From Candidatus Methanomethylophilaceae archaeon (GTDB taxonomy: Archaea > Thermoplasmatota > Thermoplasmata > Methanomassiliicoccales > Methanomethylophilaceae): a stretch of 64,000 nt of DNA. Both the position numbers and the translations under genes were made by a program. The notes beneath the pieces are model-generated. The model saw only the letters and a program-made list of their open reading frames with translations, had not been told where the DNA came from and did no database searches. Positions 49,969 through 59,952 of this stretch are shown here, one piece after another; the first letter of the stretch is position 1, and each line of letters starts with the position of its first letter. The stretch lies in assembly GCA_944320495.1 (NCBI GenBank), contig CALUHR010000013.1, positions 290,687 through 354,686 of the forward strand, in the 5' to 3' direction.

Positions 49969-50290
49969 TCGCGGACCCGTGAGCGGGGACCTCCGGGTCG
50001 GGAGGCCGAATGGGCAACTCCCTTCCCCGAGGATCGGAACCAGGGGGTTGTACGCCCCTGCTCCCGGGAGGTGTCCATGTCATGAGGTACTAGGACACCT
50101 TGTGCATGTCGCACCCGATCCTGGAGGGCAGGCGACGCGGCATCATCGCCTCCGACGTTCCAGAACATCCTGAGCATATCGCTGAGGCCTGTCTCCAGGC
50201 TCTTCCTGAGTCCCATCCTCTTTGCATCGGAGCAGATTCGAATAAGGTTCTTGATGATGTCTTCGTCATCCTGGACGAGTCCTATGCTGA

Positions 50291-50764
50291 TCGGTCCGTT
50301 ATTGGTGTTGAGCACTCTGTCGTGACGTTCAGGTCGAACACGATGCGCGGATCCAGGCGATTCTGGATGATGTCATCTATGAGATCGAACATGCCGTTGT
50401 AATCGTCCGCCGACTCGTCGGTGACGCCCCAGTCGCACTTCTCCATGCAGAACATCAGGAAATCCAGGAAGTCATAGGCCGCCTCGTCTCCGCCCAGTTT
50501 GATGAAGCTCTCCAGATCCCGGCAGAACTTCTCGGCCATGCGTTTGCGGAACATATCTCTCTCGCATCCGCAAAGGCACTGGTTGATGCGGATGCGGGTC
50601 TCCTCCCTGTCCAGCAGGGACCCCTCCTTCGCGAGCTTCTCCAGTGTCTCCATCACGGTGTCGTAGCCCAGCTTCTCGGCGAGGCAGATTACGATCCTCT
50701 TGAACATGCAGTGGTTCATTGTGTTCGTGATATCCTCAATAACAAGTGCATCACAGTAATCCAT
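50291..50764 (-). CDS. Hypothetical Cys-rich protein (157 aa)
   Basis: Clean ORF with an AT-rich upstream region; CGA at 50291-50293 (standard-code TAG at 50282). Confidence 0.55.
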
Positions 50765-50941
50765 ATTTGATGAATCATGAATGCGGATTTAATTCTGTTT
50801 TTCTAAACAACAATAAAACGTTTGCAGACAATCGTTTGGATTGTCAGACGCAATTTGACAATCGTGGACCCGCCCGGGATTTCCCTGGCGGGTCCGGAAG
50901 AATGGAATGTGCCGGACGTCCCCGTCCGGCGTTCGATGAAC

Positions 50942-51393
50942 TCAGGATGCCTCTTCGGACATCCGGGCGCGCCTCTGCTCGTTCAGCACCTTCAGGCCCT
51001 CCGCCATCAGGAACACAGCCAGCACGAACAGTAGGGCGGATATCACGAGCTGGGCCGCCGCGACCCCGTCGAATCCCATCGAGAGGTCCCCTATCTTCGA
51101 CCACATCGTGAGCACAAGCGATGAGAGGGTGGCCGCTAGCATGAACATCATCGGGATGTAGATCATCCTGTTGTTCTTGCCGATGTTTCCAAGCCAGGCG
51201 CATACGGCGAGCAGGGCGAGGACTGCCAGAAGCTGGTTGACGCCCCTGACGAGCAGGTACTTCTCGCCGCGGGAGTGGAACTCCGCCCTGGCGACCAGAT
51301 CCCCTCGTCGCAGGGGCTCACGTCGTAATACCCGGAGTAAGATCTCATCAGACGGTCGACCGCGGCTCCGACATCCCGTTCCATGGTCCGCAC
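50942..51393 (-). pseudogene. Chimera: frameshifted 5' end of a hypothetical gene joined to the 3' end of a CstA-family transporter gene
   Basis: ..AEFHSRGEKYLLVRG runs into VNQLLAVLALLAV..WL..IPMMFML (CstA C-terminus); frame break in GGGG near 51300. Confidence 0.6.
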
Positions 51394-51398
51394 CGTTC

Positions 51399-54146
51399 TC
51401 AGTCCCAGAACCTCTTGTTCTTGGCGTAGAGGATCTCGGCGTTCATTATGTCGCGGTAGAAGTCGTCCTCATCCACATGCATGCTGCGGAGTATCTTCGA
51501 CGCGGTGTCCGGGCCGACGCCCCTGCCCGCCATGACGATGACGGCGCGGCTGCCGTGCTCGTTCACGAGGTTGGCGTTCCTCAGGAGGCGGAGCCTGTCC
51601 TTCTTCTCCTGCTCGGTGAGCTCCTGATGCTTCACGACCTGGATCATCTCGCGCTCGTATCCCTTGAGGACGGCGACCATGTTTCCTCCGCAGTGGGGGC
51701 ATCTGAACCTCTTCGGCGCCTCCCCGACGCGGAACCTCCATTGGGACCCGCAGTTCAGGCACGACGCGAACAGGACCTCGTCCTCCAGCCTCTTCTTCAG
51801 GGCCATGAGGATGGAGTGGTCCGCGCGGACGGGCTGCATCAGCTCCTTGGAGCGGGTGATCCCCTCCAGCCCGATGGTCGATATCCCTCCGGGCACCACC
51901 TCGATCTCTCCCGACGACATCATCGACACGACCCTCTCGGCGTTCGGGATGTCCAGGTCCTCCCACAGGACCTTGTTCACAGCCTCGCGGTAGGCGGGCG
52001 TGTCCCGATGGAGGTCGAACAGCCTCTGGAAGTTCATGAAGCGGTGGTCGGCGGTCTTCTCGATGATGCCGAACTTCTTCGCCACGAACACGAACCTCCA
52101 TCTGAGGAACGACGAGTTGACCATGGTCATCCTGGACAGGGCCTCGACCGTCCCGGGCTTCACGGACTGCACTGTCTCCAGGATGACGTCGCGCTTCAGG
52201 TTGCGGGGCAGCTCCAGGATGATCCTGTACGGGTCGGCGGTCATGCCCACGCTCTCGCCCAGCCTGGCGGAGAGGAGGGCGGAGTAGATCTTCCCGAGGG
52301 TCTCGTTGACGCGGCTCCCGAAGCAGCAGTTGACGATGGCCAGCCTGTCGCCGACCTCCACGGTCACGGTCCTGTCGGTGGGCATCGCGAACCTCTCGTC
52401 CTGCTCGTCGAGGTACTTGGACACAACGGCGACGCATCCGTCGTCCCCGGGGTAGTCCCCGAAGTTCCTCAGGCGGCGCATGCGGCCCACCTCCATGGCG
52501 ACCTCGTACGGTACCGGGATGTCGGAACCCACCCAGTTTGGCACGGACCCGACCTCGCGGGCCTCCTCCACGAGGATCTCGTCCTCGCGCATCTCGACTA
52601 TGCGCCAGGTCCTGCCCTTGGCTATGAACATGGCGTACTCCTCGGCGAAGGAGGCCACGAAGCTCTCGTCGAGCGTTCCGATGATCGCCCTGGTGCCGAT
52701 GTCCCTGATGAGGTACGAGCGCTCGTCGGGGATCATCGAGATGTTGTCGTAGAAGTAGGCCATGCCCTTACGGGACCTGCGGAAGGAGCCGTCGTCATCG
52801 ACGAAGACCATCTTGATCGACAGCAGCTGGTCCAGGACGTCCTGGATGTCCTGCCTGGCGATGTCCCTGAAGGGCCACGCGCCGGAGAACACCTTGAACG
52901 CGGTGTCCATGTCGGCCTGTCCGGACATGGTCATGGCTATGAGCTGGTTGGCCACCACCGAGAGCGGGCACGGCCTGCCGGTCCAGGACTCCAGCTCCTT
53001 GGAGTCGCATCTGCGGGCGATGACCATGGCCTCCGCCACCTCGTCCGGGGCGGTGGCGAGCACCCTGGCGCGAATCTTCTCCCCGACACGGTGTCCGGCC
53101 CTGCCTGCCCTCTGGATCATGCGGGAGACCTGCCTGGGCGAGTTGTACTGGATGACCATGTCGGTGGTCCCCACGTCTATGCCGAGCTCGAGGGACGAAG
53201 TGCACACGAGCGCTTTGACATCCCCCGATTTGAAGCGGTCCTCCATCTCCATCCTGGTCTCCTTGGAGAGGGACCCGTGATGGACCTCTATGGGGAACGT
53301 CTCATCCCACAGGTGGTAGCGGGCCGCGAGCCATTCGGCCGTCTCCCTGGTGTTGACGAAGAACAGCGTGGACCTGCCGGATTCGACGATCTCCCTGGCG
53401 CGGGCCATGACCCCGATGATGTCCGGGTCCCCCTGCAGCCTGTCGATGAGCTTCGCGTCCTCCGTGGGCCTCGGGCTCTCGACGCGGATGTCGAAGTCGC
53501 GGTGGGTGTCGTGCTTGCGGACGTCCACCTTCCTGCGGGGTCCGACGAGGAAGTCGGCCACCGCCTGTGGGTCCCCCACGGTGGCCGAGAGCCCTATCCT
53601 CTGGAACTCTCCCGCCACCAGCGCCAGCCTCTCCAGGGCGACGCTGAGCTGCGCCCCGCGCTCGGTGTCCGCCAGCTCGTGGATCTCGTCGATGACCACC
53701 CACTCCACCGCCTTGAGGTGCTGGATGAGCCTCTTGCCGGTGAACAGCACCTGCAGGGTCTCGGGGGTGGTGATGAGTATCTCCGGGGGCGCCCTCGACT
53801 GGGCCTGCCTCTCGGCCTGGGAGGTGTCGCCGTGCCTCACGCCGACGGTGACCCCGAGGGCCTTCCCGTAGTCCTCCATGCGCCTCAGCATGTCCCTGTT
53901 CAGGGCGCGGAGTGGCGTGATGTAGATGCATCTGAACCCGGTGCGCTTCCCCTTGGTGGCGTGTATGGCGTCGAGAATGGGTATCATCGCCGCCTCGGTC
54001 TTCCCGATCCCGGTGGGCGCCACGAGGAGTATGTGACCTCCGGCGCGGATCCTCGGGATGACGTCAGCCTGCGGGGGCGTGGGTTCCGTTATCCCCCTCT
54101 CCGCCAGGGCCGATGCGAGTTCGGGGCAGATGTCGGGGAAAGGCAT
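51399..54146 (-). CDS. Lhr-like DEAD/DEAH helicase with C-terminal Zn finger
   Basis: APTGIGKT, DEIH, GLSAT, HHGSLS, QRAGRAGH, CLNC...CPHC. Confidence 0.92.
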   Translation of the reverse strand: MPFPDICPELASALAERGITEPTPPQADVIPRIRAGGHILLVAPTGIGKTEAAMIPILDAIHATKGKRTGFRCIYITPLRALNRDMLRRMEDYGKALGVTVGVRHGDTSQAERQAQSRAPPEILITTPETLQVLFTGKRLIQHLKAVEWVVIDEIHELADTERGAQLSVALERLALVAGEFQRIGLSATVGDPQAVADFLVGPRRKVDVRKHDTHRDFDIRVESPRPTEDAKLIDRLQGDPDIIGVMARAREIVESGRSTLFFVNTRETAEWLAARYHLWDETFPIEVHHGSLSKETRMEMEDRFKSGDVKALVCTSSLELGIDVGTTDMVIQYNSPRQVSRMIQRAGRAGHRVGEKIRARVLATAPDEVAEAMVIARRCDSKELESWTGRPCPLSVVANQLIAMTMSGQADMDTAFKVFSGAWPFRDIARQDIQDVLDQLLSIKMVFVDDDGSFRRSRKGMAYFYDNISMIPDERSYLIRDIGTRAIIGTLDESFVASFAEEYAMFIAKGRTWRIVEMREDEILVEEAREVGSVPNWVGSDIPVPYEVAMEVGRMRRLRNFGDYPGDDGCVAVVSKYLDEQDERFAMPTDRTVTVEVGDRLAIVNCCFGSRVNETLGKIYSALLSARLGESVGMTADPYRIILELPRNLKRDVILETVQSVKPGTVEALSRMTMVNSSFLRWRFVFVAKKFGIIEKTADHRFMNFQRLFDLHRDTPAYREAVNKVLWEDLDIPNAERVVSMMSSGEIEVVPGGISTIGLEGITRSKELMQPVRADHSILMALKKRLEDEVLFASCLNCGSQWRFRVGEAPKRFRCPHCGGNMVAVLKGYEREMIQVVKHQELTEQEKKDRLRLLRNANLVNEHGSRAVIVMAGRGVGPDTASKILRSMHVDEDDFYRDIMNAEILYAKNKRFWD

Positions 54147-54160
54147 GAGAACGTAAGGGT

Positions 54161-54180
54161 GCCGGGGCGTCCGCCCCGGC
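54161..54180 (-). terminator. GC hairpin after the Fe-S protein gene
   Basis: GCCGGGGCG/CGCCCCGGC inverted repeat. Confidence 0.4.
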
Positions 54181-54189
54181 TTGGGGGTT

Positions 54190-55413
54190 TCACTCGGAAG
54201 CCGGCTCCTCCTTCTTGGGAGCGGTGACCTCGAGCAGGACCTGGGACAGGTCCATGACCTTGATGCTGGACCCGCACTTCTTGGCCCCCTGGGTCAGGTT
54301 GAGCACGCAGAAGGGGCAGCAGGTGATCAGGACGTCGGCGCCGGTGGCCTCCGCATCGTGGATCCTCTCCACCGCGACGGCGGTGGCGAAGTCGTTGAAC
54401 TGGGACTTGTATCCTCCTCCGGCACCGCAGCATCTGGAGTTCTCCCTGGACCTCTCCATCTCGACGAACTCAACGCCCTTGATCTTCTTGATGACGTTCC
54501 TGGGGGCGTCGTAGACGCCGGAGTGCCTTCCGAGGTGGCACGGGTCGTGGTAGGTGACCTTGTGCTTGAACTCGTTGTTCAGCGGGAGCTTCCTGTCGTT
54601 GATGAGCCTCTCGACGTACTGGGAGAAGTGGTAGACGTTCTGTCCGACCTTGGCGTAGTACTTGCCGAAGTCGGTGCTGACGGTCTTGTAGCATCCGGAG
54701 CAGGTCATGACCATGTCCTTGGCTCCCATGCCGTCCGCCTTCTCGACGACGGTCTCGGAGCATCCGAGGGACTCGGTGGTGGTTCCGGTCCTCAGCAGGG
54801 GCGAGGAGCAGCACCACTCCTTGTCGCCGAGGCAGTTCAGCTTGACCCCGGCGCGGGAGAGCACGATGACTCCGGCCTGCGCGACGTTCTGCATCCTGTA
54901 GGATCCGGTGCATCCGGCGAAGAAGATCGCGTCCGGAGGGGTGCAGCGCGGGACCTCGGCGGGCCACCAGGCATCCCTCTTGGACGGGGGCTCTCCGTAG
55001 GGGTTGTGGCACTCGCGGACCTTCTCGGCCATTCCCTTGTGGGCGGACAGGGGTCCGGCGCCGTTGGCGACGATCCAGGCCCTCATCTCCTCCCAGAAGT
55101 CCACCAGGTGGATCTGGGCGTGGCAGACGACCTCGCAGTTCCCGCAGCCGGTGCACTTGTACATGGCGTCGACGAACTCGGGGCTGAGGGTGGCCTCCCT
55201 TCCGAGGAGACCGTCCAGGGCGCCGGTTCCGGCCTTGTCCAGCTGGTTGACGTAGTAGATCTTTCCCCTCGGGGTGACGGACTCCCAGGGGGTCTGGTTG
55301 TGGGCCTCGCATACGTCGATGCAGTATCCGCACTGCAGGCATGCGGTCAGGACCTTCTGTACGCGGGGGAGTTTAAGGAACTCCGGGACGGGTACTTTGA
55401 CTGATACTTCCAC
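54190..55413 (-). CDS. HdrD/GlcF-like (Fe-S)-binding protein
   Basis: Two CxxCxxCxxxC clusters and two CCG-type domains (WCCSSP; YHDPCHLGR...CCGAGGG). Confidence 0.88.
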   Translation of the reverse strand: MEVSVKVPVPEFLKLPRVQKVLTACLQCGYCIDVCEAHNQTPWESVTPRGKIYYVNQLDKAGTGALDGLLGREATLSPEFVDAMYKCTGCGNCEVVCHAQIHLVDFWEEMRAWIVANGAGPLSAHKGMAEKVRECHNPYGEPPSKRDAWWPAEVPRCTPPDAIFFAGCTGSYRMQNVAQAGVIVLSRAGVKLNCLGDKEWCCSSPLLRTGTTTESLGCSETVVEKADGMGAKDMVMTCSGCYKTVSTDFGKYYAKVGQNVYHFSQYVERLINDRKLPLNNEFKHKVTYHDPCHLGRHSGVYDAPRNVIKKIKGVEFVEMERSRENSRCCGAGGGYKSQFNDFATAVAVERIHDAEATGADVLITCCPFCVLNLTQGAKKCGSSIKVMDLSQVLLEVTAPKKEEPASE

Positions 55414-55576
55414 GAGACAATCCTCCGTGTTCCGGGCGGCTCCGACGGCCGCCGCTTTGGGACTTCGAGACCCAGTCCGTATTTAACGCTTCACGGCCCG
55501 AATGCCCGGAACAGGCGGTTTGTGGCCTTGGAAAATGAGACGGAATGAGATTATATCCGAAGGCCGATGCGGTGTC

Positions 55577-56773
55577 ATGGATTCCCCCGGGCTGTACGAC
55601 GACTGGACCGGCAACATCGTGAAGGACGCCGACGTGAGGTCCCTGGACCCAGGTGCCGTGCGCGCCGCCAGGGCGTCCTACCGCGAGAGGTTCCCCGACC
55701 GCGCCGAGGAGAGCGACGGCTGGGACGACGAGACCTTCCTCGCCCGCGCAGGGGTGTTCAAGAGAGGGAGGCCCACGGTCGCGTCGCTGATCCTCCTGGG
55801 GAAGCAGGACGCCGGGATACTCCCGTCCACAGTCTGCATACGCTGGAGGCTCCTGGACCCGGACGGGACCGTCGTCGACTCCAGGACCTTCCAGGGTCCG
55901 ATGCTGCTCGCATCGTCCCAGGCGGTGTCGATGGTCCGCAACTGGACCTGCACGATCGGGCCGGCGGACGCTGCAAGGAAGGTCAGCGCGTACCGCAACT
56001 CCACGCTGCTCGAGGCGGTCCGCAACGCGCTGGCACATCAGGATTTCTCGTACGGCGGGACGGTGGACGTCGTGGAGCGCGAGTCGGAGTCCGTGACGAT
56101 CGTGAGCAGGGGGTCGTTCCCGCAGAGGTCCCCCGAGTCGTTCATCGCCGGGCCGCCCGTGCAGTCCCCTCCGCGCAACAGGTTCCTGATCTCGGCCATG
56201 GCGGGCATAGGGGCCGTGCCCGCATCGGGGACCGGGATCCGCTCCATGTACCTGGGTCAGGCCTCCCGCAGGTTCCCGATGCCCGACTTCGACATCCAGG
56301 ACGACCGCGTCTCCGTGCGCTTCTCCGGCATCAGGGCCGGTGCGTACGCCAGGGTCCTGGACCTCCGCGAGGACCTAGATTTGAGGACGATGATGGACCT
56401 GGACCGTCTCGCCAAGCTCCGCTATCTCCCGGATCGCAGGGTTAAGGCGCTGGCGAGGAGGGGTCTCGTCGAGGTGCTAGACGGCGTCCCGTGCATCGCG
56501 TCGGGCGCCGGACAGGACATGCTGTCCGCGTTCGTCATCGGCACGGAGGAGGAGGCCGTGCTGGCGCTCATCGACAGGAACGGCTCGGTCACCAGGTCCG
56601 ACGTCTCGGACATCCTCGCGGCCCGCGACAGGAAGGAGCTGACGCCCGACCAGGTCCGTGTGAAGGCCACGAACCTCCTGCAGTCCATGAGGCGCAGGGG
56701 TCTGGTCGAGAAGGCGGACGGCAGCACCCGGTCGGCCAGGTACGTCCGCTCGTCCGGGCCCGCGCAAGAATAA
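55577..56773 (+). CDS. RecG-C/HATPase_c_4-like ATP-binding protein with wHTH, lacking an N-terminal AlbA/Schlafen domain
   Basis: EAVRNALAHQD, RNRFL..AMAGIG...GTGI pattern; an in-frame CGA upstream supports the ATG at 55577. Confidence 0.65.
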   Translation: MDSPGLYDDWTGNIVKDADVRSLDPGAVRAARASYRERFPDRAEESDGWDDETFLARAGVFKRGRPTVASLILLGKQDAGILPSTVCIRWRLLDPDGTVVDSRTFQGPMLLASSQAVSMVRNWTCTIGPADAARKVSAYRNSTLLEAVRNALAHQDFSYGGTVDVVERESESVTIVSRGSFPQRSPESFIAGPPVQSPPRNRFLISAMAGIGAVPASGTGIRSMYLGQASRRFPMPDFDIQDDRVSVRFSGIRAGAYARVLDLREDLDLRTMMDLDRLAKLRYLPDRRVKALARRGLVEVLDGVPCIASGAGQDMLSAFVIGTEEEAVLALIDRNGSVTRSDVSDILAARDRKELTPDQVRVKATNLLQSMRRRGLVEKADGSTRSARYVRSSGPAQE

Positions 56774-56799
56774 AACGGCGTCCGCGCGATGACCTCCGC

Positions 56800-57810
56800 A
56801 TGAACACGAAGCAGGAGATCGTCGACGCGTTCGATGGTCGGAGCACGGGCGAACTGCCCCCGCCGGCCGTATTCACGCAGACCGGCACTGTGGGGCAGAT
56901 GCGTGCCTGCGGGGCAGGATGGCCGGAGGCCCACTACGACCCCGAGAAGATGGCCACGCTGGCACTGCAGTTCTCGAAGATGTTCGGGTTCGCCACGGCG
57001 AGGGTCCCGTACTGCCTCACGGTGGAGATCGAGCGTCTAGGGGCCACCATAAAGGATGGGTCCGGGGACACCCAGCCCAGCGTGGTGGGCACCCCATACT
57101 CCTCGGGCGACGTGTCCGAGCCGCCGTCGGGAGGGCTGATGAACCCGGACGAGTTCGCATCGGGAGGCCGCTGTGCCATGGTCGCCGAGGTCGCCGAGAG
57201 GATGTCCAGGGAGCACGAGGACCTCTTCATCACCGCTGGCTTACAGGACCCCATGGCGCTGACGTCCCAGCTGCTTGGCGCTGAGAACATGCTCATGGCC
57301 GGGTTCATGGAGCCCGGCAGGATCTCGAAGTGGATCGATGCGGTGACCCCTCTGACCTGCGCCTACGCAGAGAGGCTCTCGGAGGCGGCGGACAACGTCC
57401 TGGTGATCGCCGGCGGCTCCACCGACATGTACTCCCCGGAGATGCTCGAGGAGTTCTCCGTCCCGTTCACCCCTAGGACGATCTCCAGCATCAGGTCCTC
57501 CTTCAGCACCATCCACTCCTGCGGCGACACGCTGGCGTTCGCGGACCGCCTGGCCGGATACGGCGCCGACGCGCTCAGCCTCGAGACGTTCCAGTGCCCC
57601 GAGGAGTACATGCGCATCGTGAACGGCCGCTGCAGGATGTTCGGGTCCATCGATCCCGTCGGGACGCTCCTGATGAAGCAGCCGGAGGACGTCGTGGCTA
57701 GCGCCAGGAGGGGTGCGGAGCTGGGCTTCGACATCATAACCCCGGAGTGCGGCGTGCCGCCGCTGACGCCGGACGCCAACCTGATGGCGCTGTCGCACTA
57801 CCGCGACTGA
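56800..57810 (+). CDS. MtaA/CmuA-family methylcobamide:CoM methyltransferase (URO-D fold)
   Basis: FTQTGTVGQM, VPYCLTVE, IHSCG, PECGVPP. Confidence 0.85.
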   Translation: MNTKQEIVDAFDGRSTGELPPPAVFTQTGTVGQMRACGAGWPEAHYDPEKMATLALQFSKMFGFATARVPYCLTVEIERLGATIKDGSGDTQPSVVGTPYSSGDVSEPPSGGLMNPDEFASGGRCAMVAEVAERMSREHEDLFITAGLQDPMALTSQLLGAENMLMAGFMEPGRISKWIDAVTPLTCAYAERLSEAADNVLVIAGGSTDMYSPEMLEEFSVPFTPRTISSIRSSFSTIHSCGDTLAFADRLAGYGADALSLETFQCPEEYMRIVNGRCRMFGSIDPVGTLLMKQPEDVVASARRGAELGFDIITPECGVPPLTPDANLMALSHYRD

Positions 57811-57868
57811 TCCTAAACCCCTCCTCCGGTAGCGGGGGAGGGTCATTTACGATATTATCGAGAACGGG

Positions 57869-57945
57869 TGGTGGGCCCTGCCGGATTTGAACCGACGGCC
57901 ATCTGGTTATGAGCCAGACGCTCTACCTAGCTAAGCTAAGAGCCC
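57869..57945 (-). tRNA. tRNA with CAT anticodon, probably tRNA-Ile2
   Basis: Anticodon arm TCTGG-CTCATAA-CCAGA; GGGCTC/GGGCCC acceptor is Ile-like rather than initiator-like (AGCGGG); CCA encoded. Confidence 0.88.
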
Positions 57946-58031
57946 GTTGAGGCACCCATATCGGGATTTCATTAAAAACATGTCGGACGAGACATGACGC
58001 GAAGCGGTGAAGGATGATGAAAAAGGGAGAA

Positions 58032-58107
58032 TGGCGCCGCCACACGGATTTGAACCGAGGACCTTGTGATTAACAGTCACACGCTCTACCTGCTGAGCTA
58101 CGGCGGC
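58032..58107 (-). tRNA. tRNA-Asn(GTT), CCA encoded
   Basis: GCCGCCG acceptor strand, anticodon arm TGTGA-CTGTTAA-TCACA. Confidence 0.95.
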
Positions 58108-58160
58108 TTGTAGGATTGCGTGAATGAAGGGCTTGTATTTATAATTAACTGTATAGAATT

Positions 58161-58181
58161 GGGCCGGCCGTACGCCGGCCC
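58161..58181 (-). terminator. GC hairpin after the wHTH gene
   Basis: GGGCCGGC/GCCGGCCC. Confidence 0.4.
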
Positions 58182-58189
58182 GTGGAAAA

Positions 58190-58576
58190 TCAGTTCTTGG
58201 CGCGCTTCTTGGCCTTCTTTTCCTTGGTCTCGACGACCTCTCCGTCCTCGAAGTCCATCCGGCCGTAGAAGATCTCGCGGCTCTCGAACATGCGCTTCCC
58301 GATGGCCCTCCCCTTGGGGGTCAGCTCGTAGATCTTCATCAGGCGCCTTCCGGCCTCGAGGTGCATCTCTAGGAGTCCGAGCTCGACAAGCTGGTCGGCG
58401 GTCTTGATGACGGTCTTGTAATTCTTGGCGATGCGGAGCATGTCGGTCGCCATGATCTTGTCGTTCTCATAGATGAGGGAAATGATATCGACGGCGTACC
58501 TGCTGGAGAGCGGGGACTGGTAATCCGTTATCATGCTGGAAATGAGCGATTGCCGATTATAAATGATTTCGTCCAT
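58190..58576 (-). CDS. Winged-helix (MarR-like) DNA-binding protein
   Basis: LVELGLL...YELTPKGRAIG; start set downstream of in-frame CGAs. Confidence 0.7.
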   Translation of the reverse strand: MDEIIYNRQSLISSMITDYQSPLSSRYAVDIISLIYENDKIMATDMLRIAKNYKTVIKTADQLVELGLLEMHLEAGRRLMKIYELTPKGRAIGKRMFESREIFYGRMDFEDGEVVETKEKKAKKRAKN

Positions 58577-58703
58577 GTACTCATAGCCAGTTCGCACATT
58601 CATCCGCGTCGTCGGTCGCGCTATGGGAATCGATTCCCGGCAGCGCCCGTCCGCCCCTCCACTATAATAAAATAAGGAACGGGGCATCAAGACCGCGATT
58701 CAA

Positions 58704-59945
58704 ATGAAGGTCGACGTTAAGTACGGCAAGGACGGGGTCCAGGAGACGGAGATCCCCGACTCCGCCTACATAGGCACGTTCTATCCCAAGGACGTCGAGT
58801 GCGGGGACCCCGACAAGGTCATCGGAGACTCCATCGACAACCCGCTGGGCATCGGCTCGATGGCCGAGTTCCTGGAGGGCGGCGAGGACATAGTGTTCAT
58901 CGTCAACGACGGCACCCGCCCCACTCCCACGGCCAAGGTCCTGGACGCGCTCTCCAAGAGGATGGACCTCAGGTCCGCCAGGTACCTCATAGCCACCGGC
59001 GCCCACAGGGACATGACCCCCGAGGAGTACGACATGGTCTTCGGCTCCCACTACGAGGAGCTCAAGGACAGGATCATCTGCCACGATGCGAAGAAATCCG
59101 AGTGCGTCAACCTCGGCACCTCGAAGAACGGCACCCCCATGGAGGTCAACAAGGTCGCGGTCGACGCCGACCGCCTGGTGATCATCACCTCCGTGGAGCC
59201 CCACTACTTCGCCGGATACACCGGCGGAAGGAAGTCCTTCCTCCCCGGCGTCGCTTCCTATCGTACGATCGAGGCCAACCACAAACTGGCCATGAGCAAG
59301 GCCGCCCAGTCCCTCGCCCTGGAGGGCAACCCCGTGCACGAGGACATGATGGACGCGCTCGAGGGCGTCAAGGGCAAGAGGATCTTCTCCATCCAGATGG
59401 TCCTCGACAGGCACCAGAACATCTACAAGGTGGCGTCCGGAGACCTCCACGAGGCCTTCCACAAGGCGATCGGATGGGCCAACGAGGTCTTCTCCGTGCC
59501 GATCCCGGAGAAGGCGGACGTCGTCATCTCCGTCGCCCCGTACCCCATGGACGTCGACCTGTACCAGTCCCAGAAGGCCCTGGACAATGGGAAGTGGGCG
59601 CTCAAGGACGGCGGGAAGATCGTAATGGTCTCGAAGTGCAGGGAGGGCACCGGGAGCGACACGTTCCTGAAGCAGCTCTCCACCTCCAGCGACCCGCACC
59701 AGGTGCTGGAGAACCTTAAGGCCGAGTACAAGCTCGGATACCACAAGGCGGCCAAGATGGCCGAGATCGCGACCTGGGCGAGCATCTGGGCGGTCACAGA
59801 CCTGGACCCAGAGCTCCTCAGGGGTGCGAACATAACGCCCTTCCCCACGGTCCAGGCGGCCGTGGACGAGGCGCTCAGGGAGAACCCGTCCGCGAGGATC
59901 ATGGTCCTCATGGACGGAAGCGTCACCATCCCCAGGCTGGAGTGA
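58704..59945 (+). CDS. larA: Nickel-pincer lactate racemase family protein
   Basis: VNDGTRPTP, ATGAHR, EPHYFAGYTGGRKS.LPG, DLYQSQKA. Confidence 0.88.
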   Translation: MKVDVKYGKDGVQETEIPDSAYIGTFYPKDVECGDPDKVIGDSIDNPLGIGSMAEFLEGGEDIVFIVNDGTRPTPTAKVLDALSKRMDLRSARYLIATGAHRDMTPEEYDMVFGSHYEELKDRIICHDAKKSECVNLGTSKNGTPMEVNKVAVDADRLVIITSVEPHYFAGYTGGRKSFLPGVASYRTIEANHKLAMSKAAQSLALEGNPVHEDMMDALEGVKGKRIFSIQMVLDRHQNIYKVASGDLHEAFHKAIGWANEVFSVPIPEKADVVISVAPYPMDVDLYQSQKALDNGKWALKDGGKIVMVSKCREGTGSDTFLKQLSTSSDPHQVLENLKAEYKLGYHKAAKMAEIATWASIWAVTDLDPELLRGANITPFPTVQAAVDEALRENPSARIMVLMDGSVTIPRLE

Positions 59946-59952
59946 GGTTCAC

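Noticed and set aside
56800-57810. Pyrrolysine readthrough in the methyltransferase
   Set aside because: The ORF has no in-frame TAG and is MtaA-like, not an MttB/MtbB/MtmB enzyme.
57869-57945. tRNA-Met assignment for the CAT tRNA
   Set aside because: The acceptor stem resembles archaeal Ile tRNAs rather than initiator or elongator Met; Ile2 is preferred but not proven.
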